Below, in pieces: positions 32,643-40,950 of a DNA stretch of 40,950 nt. Position 1 is the stretch's first letter. The number at the start of each line of letters is the position of its first letter. A model generated the notes under the pieces. It did not search any database, had not been told where the DNA came from, and saw only the letters and a list, made by a program, of their open reading frames with translations. The translations under genes were made by a program, and so were the position numbers. Source of the DNA: Acidobacteriota bacterium (GTDB lineage: Bacteria; Acidobacteriota; Polarisedimenticolia; Gp22-AA2); NCBI GenBank assembly GCA_003223145.1, contig QHXY01000150.1:1-40950 (forward strand), read 5' to 3'.

Positions 32643-35351
32643 TCAATCTTTGGATTCTACCCGATTCATTTCCAGCCAGTTCGGCCCGGCCTTGAGATCC
32701 GCCACGAGGGGCACCTTGAGCGGGCACACGCTTTGCATCACCTGGCGCACTTCGGCGGCCACCGCGGATCGCTCGCTTTCTGGCACTTCGAGGACCAGCT
32801 CGTCGTGCACCTGCAGGGTCATGCGGGCACCGCTTTCCGCCTTGTCGAGCCGCCGGGCCAGGGCGACCATCGCGAGTTTGATGAGATCGGCCGCAGTCCC
32901 CTGAATCGTCGTGTTGACCGCTGCGCGGAGCGCCTGCTGGCGGGCGTTGCGATCGGCTCCCTTCAGCTCGGGGAAATACCGGATGCGATTCAGAAGCGTG
33001 CGCACGCACCCCTGGGACTCCGCGGCCGCGATCGTCGCCTCGATGTACTCCTTGACCTTCGGCAGTCGTCGGAAATAGGTTTCGATGAAGACCTCAGCCT
33101 CCTTGATGGAAATGCCCTGTTCCCGCGCCAGCCTCTGGGAGCCCATCCCGTAGATGACGCCGAAGTTGACGACCTTGGCGCGACGACGCATCTCATCGGT
33201 GACCAGATCGGGCCTCACGCCGAACACTTCGGCCGCGGTGCGTCGGTGAATGTCCTCGCCGGCGCGGAAGGCCTCCACCAGCGCGGGGTCGCCGCACAAG
33301 TGCGCCAGGACGCGGAGTTCGATTTGCGAGTAATCAGCGGAGAGCAGCACGTGACCCGTATCGGTGATGAAGGCTCGGCGGATGAGGCGACCCTGCTTCG
33401 TCCGAATCGGGATGTTCTGGAGGTTGGGGTCGCTGCTGCTGAGGCGGCCGGTCGCCGCGACCCCCTGATTGAAGGAGGTGTGCACGCGGCCGGTCTCAGG
33501 GTTGATCAGCCCGGGCAGGCTGTCCACATAGCCGGACTTGAGCTTCTGCAGGCTCCGGTACTCCAGGATTTTGCGCGGCAGATCATGCGACTCGGCGAGC
33601 TCCTCGAGGATCTCGACGCTCGTCGAATAGGACCGTGTCTTCTGCGTCCTGCGGCCCGGAGCGAGCCTCAGGGTCTCGAACAGGATGTCGCCCAGCTGTC
33701 GAGGCGAGTTGATGTTGAACTGCTTGCCCGCGAGGGCATGAATCTCCCCCGTGAGACGGGTGATCTCCGCCTGCCATTCCCGGGACAGCGCGGCCAGGTA
33801 GTCGGTGTCGATCCGAACACCCGTCGATTCCATCTCCGCAAGGACCGATGCGAGGGGCAGCTCGAGATCGTTCAAGAGAGACAGGAGACCGTCCTGCCGA
33901 AGGCCCACCTCCAGACGATCGCAGATCGCCAGAATCGCCGAGGCGCGCGCGCAGACCAGGCCCGCTGCGCGGTCGATCGCCAGCTGATCCAGGGGGAGGC
34001 TTTTCGCGCCCGAACCGAGCACCGATTCGTAGGTGGGCACGGTCAGACCCGCGAGCTCCTGCGCCACGACTTCGAGAGCATGACTGTGGCGCGAGGCATT
34101 CAGGAGATAGCTCGCGAGCATCGTGTCGATCTCGATCGGTGGAGCCGGCCAGCCGAGCCTGTTCATCATGATCAGATCGCTCTTGACGTTGTGACCCACG
34201 CGCCGCGGGGCCTGGCCCTCGAACAGCGGTCGCAGGATCCGAAGGGCCGTCCCGCTGTCGATCGGCTCCGGGGCCTCGAGGGAACGATGCGTGAGCGGCA
34301 CATAGAACCTCTAGCCGCCTTCGCCAGCCAGAGCCACCCCGACCATTCGTGCGCGCATAGGTTCCCGTTCGTCACGCTCGAAGTTGAACGCGAACCGGCC
34401 CCCGGAGCGCAGTCGTTCGACGGCCCTCTCCAGGTCATGGGGAGACAGGACGACGGTGTGCGGTGCCTCCTGCGCGATGACGGACGGCGCGAACTCGCGC
34501 GCCAGGGCGTCAGATTCGAGCTCCAGAAAGAGCTGCCGCGCGCCCTCCCGGTCGGGGTTGCCGAGGCGCAGGCGATCGGGCTCGAAAGCGATCGGCACGT
34601 CATAGCGAAGCGTGGCCAGATCGCGGCTCAGGCGTGCGGTTTCGGCGTGGTCGAGAAGGCCTTCTCGGTAAGTTTTCCGTGGAATCGACTCCGCGGCGCG
34701 CAGGACCCCTTCCAGATCGCCGTATTTGCGGATCAGCTCTTTGGCCCCTTTCTCCCCGATGCCGGGAACGCCGGGGATGTTGTCCGAGGCGTCGCCGCTC
34801 AACGACAAAACGTCGCGCACCTGGTGGGGCCGCACCCCGAACGCCCGCTCGACCCCCTCGCTGTCGAGATAGTCATCGCTCACGGGGTTGTAGACGAGGA
34901 CATCACGACCGACGAGCTGGAGGAGATCCTTGTCCGTGGCAACGACGACGATCGAGTGGCCCGCCTTCACCCCCTTCTCGGCGAGCGTGGCGATGATGTC
35001 GTCCGCTTCGAATCCGAGGGCCTCCAGCACCTGGACCCCTAGGACACCGCATACCCTTTTGACGTAGGGGATTTGAACCACCAGCTCCGGAGGCATTTCG
35101 GGGCGGTGTGCCTTGTAGTCCGCGAACGCCTGGTGCCGGAATGTCGGTCCGGCCAGATCAAAAGCCACACCCAGAAACCGCGGCTCGTGCTCACGGATCA
35201 ATTTCCGCAGCATGGAGGTGAAGCCATAAATGGCGTTCGTGGGGAGCCCCTTGCTGGTGCTCAGGCCCCGGATGGCGTAGAACGCCCGATAGAGAGTGTT
35301 GCTGCCGTCGACGAGGTAAACGGCGCGATCGGGGTCAGGACGCTGGGCCAT
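32643..35351 (-). pseudogene. polA: DNA polymerase I, full-length architecture but with an in-frame TAG at 34313-34311
   Basis: Tracked ORFs 34311-35423 (5' nuclease: VYLVDGSNTLYRAFYA..., GDASDNIPGVPGIGEKGA) and 32643-34301 (exo-like and polymerase domains: DYSQIELRVLAH, KVVNFGVIYG, QVHDELVLE) share one frame (34311-32643=1668). The junction reads ...VALAGEGG*RFYVPLTHRS. ATG at 35351. Confidence 0.9.
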
Positions 35352-35409
35352 CCCGCCAACCTCATCGAGGGGTGCGCCCGAAAGCGCACGGGAACCCGGA
35401 CGCGGCGCG

Positions 35410-36699
35410 TCAGGAGCGGCCAATCCCCATGGGGCCGTCGGCCTCCGCGGGGCGCGGCAGCCACCCGTAGATCGGGAAGTTCCGGCACAAGGCAGAGACG
35501 CGCGACCGGATGTCCGCGCTCCCTGAGGTGTCCGGTTCGATTGCCAGGGCCTCGAGAATCAACCGGGCGATCTCGTCGATCTGCGGGGGGCCCATCCCCC
35601 GGGTGGAGACCGCGGGCGTGCCGATGCGCACACCGCTGCTGACCATCGGCTTTTCCGGATCGAAGGGGATGGTGTTCTTGTTCAAGGCGATTCCGACCTT
35701 CTCGAGCTTCTGCTCCACGGCACGTCCGGTCAGCTTCTTGGGCCGCAGGTCCACGAGAAACAGGTGCGTGTCGGTGCCACCCGAGACGATTCGCAGGCCC
35801 CCGGCCGCGAGCAAACCGGCCAGGCGCGTGGCGTTCTCAATCGTCCTTCTCTGATCCCGGCGGAACTCCTCCGTCATCGCCTCCCGGAACGCCACCGCCT
35901 TGGCCGCGATCACGTGGACCAGAGGGCCGCCCTGAGTCCCAGGAAAAACGGCACTGTCAAGCTCCCTGGCGAACCGCTCGCGGCACAGGACGATTGCCCC
36001 GCGCGGGCCGCGCAGCGTCTTGTGCGTGGTGGTGGTGACGAAATCGGCGTGGGGCACGGGGTTCGGGTGGACACCGGCGGCAATCAGGCCGGCGACGTGG
36101 GCGATGTCCGCCATCACCAGCGCCCCGACTTCGTCCGCGATCCGGCGAATCCGCGGGTAGTCGATGACCCGTGAGTAGGCGCTGGCTCCTGCCACGATCA
36201 TCCGCGGCCGGTGCTCCCGCGCCAGTCGTTCCATCTGCTCGTAATCCAAGAGCTCCGTCTCCCGGCTCACGCCGTAGGGGACGATTCGGAAGTAGCGGCC
36301 GGAGAAGTTCAGCGGGTGCCCGTGGGTCAGATGACCACCGTGCGATAGATCCATCCCGAGCACGGTGTCCCCCGGCTTGAGCATCGCGAGATAGACGGCC
36401 ATGTTCGCCTGCGATCCCGAATGGGGTTGCACGTTCGCGTGTTCCGCCCCGAAGATCGCCTTGGCCCTCTCGATCGCGAGGCGCTCGACCGTATCGGAGT
36501 TCTCGCACCCTCCGTAGTAGCGCCGGCCGGGATACCCCTCCGCGTATTTGTTCGTGAACACGGAACCCATCGCCTCGAGCACGGCGCGCGAGGCGAAGTT
36601 TTCCGAGGCAATCAGCACGAGGGTATCGTCCTGCCGGGCGACTTCCGCTTCCAGGGCCGCCGCCACCTCGGGATCGGATTGTCGCAGGACGTGAAGCAC
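35410..36699 (-). CDS. glyA: serine hydroxymethyltransferase
   Basis: Part of tracked ORF 35410-36834; GTG at 36699 lies 6 nt after AAGGAG. Motifs: [37 protein letters not shown]. Confidence 0.92.
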   Translation of the reverse strand: MLHVLRQSDPEVAAALEAEVARQDDTLVLIASENFASRAVLEAMGSVFTNKYAEGYPGRRYYGGCENSDTVERLAIERAKAIFGAEHANVQPHSGSQANMAVYLAMLKPGDTVLGMDLSHGGHLTHGHPLNFSGRYFRIVPYGVSRETELLDYEQMERLAREHRPRMIVAGASAYSRVIDYPRIRRIADEVGALVMADIAHVAGLIAAGVHPNPVPHADFVTTTTHKTLRGPRGAIVLCRERFARELDSAVFPGTQGGPLVHVIAAKAVAFREAMTEEFRRDQRRTIENATRLAGLLAAGGLRIVSGGTDTHLFLVDLRPKKLTGRAVEQKLEKVGIALNKNTIPFDPEKPMVSSGVRIGTPAVSTRGMGPPQIDEIARLILEALAIEPDTSGSADIRSRVSALCRNFPIYGWLPRPAEADGPMGIGRS

Positions 36700-36917
36700 G
36701 GCGGTCTCCTTGACCCCTGCCGAATCGCCCGGCGCGCGCCGGCGTTTCGAGAACGTCGCACCGCCGTCATCGGAGGAATGACAGGAGTTTCCCGAGAGGG
36801 CTCGACGGGCGGGTGATGATAGGACACCAGTCACCGGGAGATCAAGGAGGCGGCCCGGGACCGCATGATATGATCAAGGGCCCGCGCGGTTGGACGTGCT
36901 TCCGCGTGCCATCCATC

Positions 36918-37781
36918 ATGAGACCTCCCAACGCCCTCCATTATGTCGAAGCAGGCGACCGGGAAGGGCCTCCCCTTCTCTTCCTGCACGGCATCACCGG
37001 TTCACGTCGGTACTGGCAGAAGAAGACCCGCCCTCTTTGCCGTGACTACCGCCTCATCCTCCCCGATCTTCTCGGATTCGGCCTGTCGCCCAAACCCTAT
37101 CTCGAGTACACCATCGAGGTGTTTCGCGACAGCGTGAGGGAATTCGTGGTGGAACGCAACCTCACCGATCGGCCGCTGACCATCATCGGGCATTCGCTGG
37201 GAGGATTGATCGCTCTGGAGTACGCGGCGCGCTACGCGGCGCATGTTCGTCGCATGATCCTGCTGAGTCTGCCGCGCTTCAGCGATCCGGCGACCGCTCA
37301 TGCGCTCTTCTGGCGCGGCTCGCCCCATTACCGCCGGCTGCTCAACGAACATTCACTGGTGGAGACACTGAGCCAGATGAAACGCAGTGGTCTCGAGATC
37401 GCCCTGCGATACCTGCTCCGATTCCCTTGGTCGGTTGTCATCGATAGCCACAAGTTCACCTTCAAGTCGCTGACCTCGACCCTCGAGCATTGTCTCCTGA
37501 ACTACCAAGTCGACCGGATCCTGCCTGCGGTCCCGCCCGTCCCGACACTGTTGATCCACGGGGAGCAGGACTCCGTGGCGCCTTTCGACCATGTTCGTCA
37601 CCTGCCGGATATCTATCCCCACATGCGTCTCCGCGCGGTCGGCGGGACGGGGCACCACCTGTTTCTGACGCATACGGCTCTGTGCCTCGACCTGTTCCGG
37701 GAATTCCTGGCGGAGGATTCGCGACTCGCGCCGGCCTACACCGGGATTGAGACTCCGAGAGTCCAAGGTGGTTCAGAATGA
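36918..37781 (+). CDS. alpha/beta-fold hydrolase
   Basis: Part of tracked ORF 36813-37781. Features: PLLFLHGITGS, the nucleophile elbow GHSLGG, and late HG..D and GH motifs. ATG at 36918 gives a typical N-terminus; ATG at 36870 is an alternative. Confidence 0.75.
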   Translation: MRPPNALHYVEAGDREGPPLLFLHGITGSRRYWQKKTRPLCRDYRLILPDLLGFGLSPKPYLEYTIEVFRDSVREFVVERNLTDRPLTIIGHSLGGLIALEYAARYAAHVRRMILLSLPRFSDPATAHALFWRGSPHYRRLLNEHSLVETLSQMKRSGLEIALRYLLRFPWSVVIDSHKFTFKSLTSTLEHCLLNYQVDRILPAVPPVPTLLIHGEQDSVAPFDHVRHLPDIYPHMRLRAVGGTGHHLFLTHTALCLDLFREFLAEDSRLAPAYTGIETPRVQGGSE

Positions 37782-37839
37782 ACGACTCATTACACGCAAT
37801 CGACTGTAACAATGACATTTACTCGCAATATCATTAGAC

Positions 37840-37868
37840 TTTACAATACTACGCTCAAGTTTTATAAT
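37840..37868 (+). promoter_or_regulatory. candidate sigma70-type promoter for clpB-hsp20 (TTTACA-N17-TATAAT)
   Basis: TTTACA lies at 37840-37845 and a perfect TATAAT at 37863-37868, inside a 130-nt AT-rich island. Confidence 0.55.
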
Positions 37869-37911
37869 GACTTTGTTATAACAAGGCGATGTGGAAAGGA
37901 TACAGCCTCGA

Positions 37912-40457
<2,546 letters not shown>

Positions 40458-40511
40458 TAACGAACTCGCGCGGCCGGGCCAGGTGAGAACCCGGGACTGC
40501 AGGAGGCACCG

Positions 40512-40950
40512 ATGGCAGACACGAAGTGGGAGCCGTTCCGGGATCTCCTGACGATCCAGGACCGCATGAATCGCCTGTTCCAGGAAGGGCTCGGCCGCCG
40601 GATCGGGCCCGAGGACCGGCCGGCCGGCCAGTGGTCACCTCCGGTGGATATCCTGGAGAGCGACGACCGGATCGTGCTACGCGCCGATCTCCCCGGCGTC
40701 GAGCAGGACGACATCGAGCTTCGAGTGGAGGACAACATTCTGGTCCTGCGCGGGCAGCGCAAGCCACCCGCGGACGTCCGCCCCGAGGACATGCACCGTT
40801 CGGAGCGTCCGCACGGCTCGTTCGTCCGATCCTTCAGCCTGCCGCAGAACATCGATCACTCGGCGATCCGCGCGACCCAGAAGAGCGGCGTGCTGGAGGT
40901 GGTCATGCCGAAGAAGCAGGAGTCGAAGGCGAAAGCGATTCGCATCGAAG
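40512..40950 (+). CDS. Hsp20/alpha-crystallin small heat-shock protein (3' end beyond window)
   Basis: ATG at 40512 follows AGGAGG (40501-40506). The translation MADTKWEPFRDLLTIQDRMNRLF...PPVDILESDDRIVLRADLPGV...GSFVRSFSLP...GVLEVVMPK matches the family. The frame is open to the window end, so it is not in the ORF track. Confidence 0.9.
   Translation, partial: MADTKWEPFRDLLTIQDRMNRLFQEGLGRRIGPEDRPAGQWSPPVDILESDDRIVLRADLPGVEQDDIELRVEDNILVLRGQRKPPADVRPEDMHRSERPHGSFVRSFSLPQNIDHSAIRATQKSGVLEVVMPKKQESKAKAIRIE

Noticed and set aside
36700-36845. ZTP (pfl) riboswitch upstream of glyA, suggested by GGUGACUGGUG resembling the conserved GUGACUGGCG.
   Set aside because: I could not find the P2 helix. 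I also found no good CCGCCUGGGC 3' pseudoknot element; the nearest sequence is CGCCGGGCG. The match is too partial without a covariance-model score.
36865-36873. Mini-ORF ATG ATA TGA placed 14 nt after a strong AAGGAGG upstream of the hydrolase gene.
   Set aside because: It could be a start-stop leader, but a 2-codon ORF cannot be supported from sequence alone. The AAGGAGG also overlaps the putative glyA -35 on the other strand.
37850-37885. HspR/HAIR-like inverted repeat around the clpB -10 (CTCAAGT...ACTTTGT).
   Set aside because: Only about 4-5 of 7 positions are complementary, and the half-sites do not match CTTGAGT/ACTCAAG in orientation. This is probably chance in AT-rich DNA.

Overview
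High-GC bacterial chromosome segment, with hand counts from 58% to 81% GC in coding samples. It carries about 42 protein genes, mostly housekeeping and envelope genes of a diderm organism. I found no rRNA, tRNA, CRISPR array, transposase or integrase.

Gene content, left to right:
- bcp (partial) and aspA.
- A roughly 9-kb minus-strand string with tight start/stop overlaps: ridA, 2Fe-2S ferredoxin, moaA, 8-TM membrane protein, Zn-ribbon membrane protein, HEAT-repeat protein, IscU-like, nuoI, nuoB (broken), NDUFAF7/MidA-like methyltransferase, mrp, parvulin PPIase (in-frame TAG), small membrane protein.
- A Kdo operon: kdsB, pyrG, kdsA, kdsD, kdsC, lapA.
- A lower-GC locus: secreted beta-propeller-like protein, XRE-HTH/TPR regulator, DUF4388 protein.
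- LPS inner-core genes: hldA, trm112-like, two GT9 heptosyltransferases, Kdo/WaaP-family kinase.
- tatA-tatC, an S41 C-terminal protease and one unknown protein.
- CIRCE-controlled groES-groEL, a LolA-like protein and a CxxS thioredoxin-like protein.
- A REC+HD-GYP response regulator, polA (in-frame TAG), glyA and an alpha/beta hydrolase.
- clpB (broken) and hsp20 (partial).

Most notable observations:
1. An orphan nuoI-nuoB pair is translationally coupled to an atypical IscU (first Cys ligand replaced by Thr), an NDUFAF7-like methyltransferase and an Mrp/NUBPL-like ATPase. I read this as a candidate complex-I Fe-S maturation cassette.
2. Four strongly conserved genes are interrupted. Two carry in-frame TAG codons (PPIase, polA). 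Two carry frame-changing deletions that remove conserved blocks (nuoB tandem-Cys block, clpB N-domain/NBD1 linker). TAG also ends three normal genes, so global recoding is unlikely. Sequence or assembly artefact must be excluded first.
3. There are two uncharacterised loci: an HTH-TPR / secreted-protein / DUF4388 locus and a HEAT / Zn-ribbon / 8-TM membrane module.

I see no obvious defence, secretion or mobile system. The novelty claims are inferences and need database and read-level checks.
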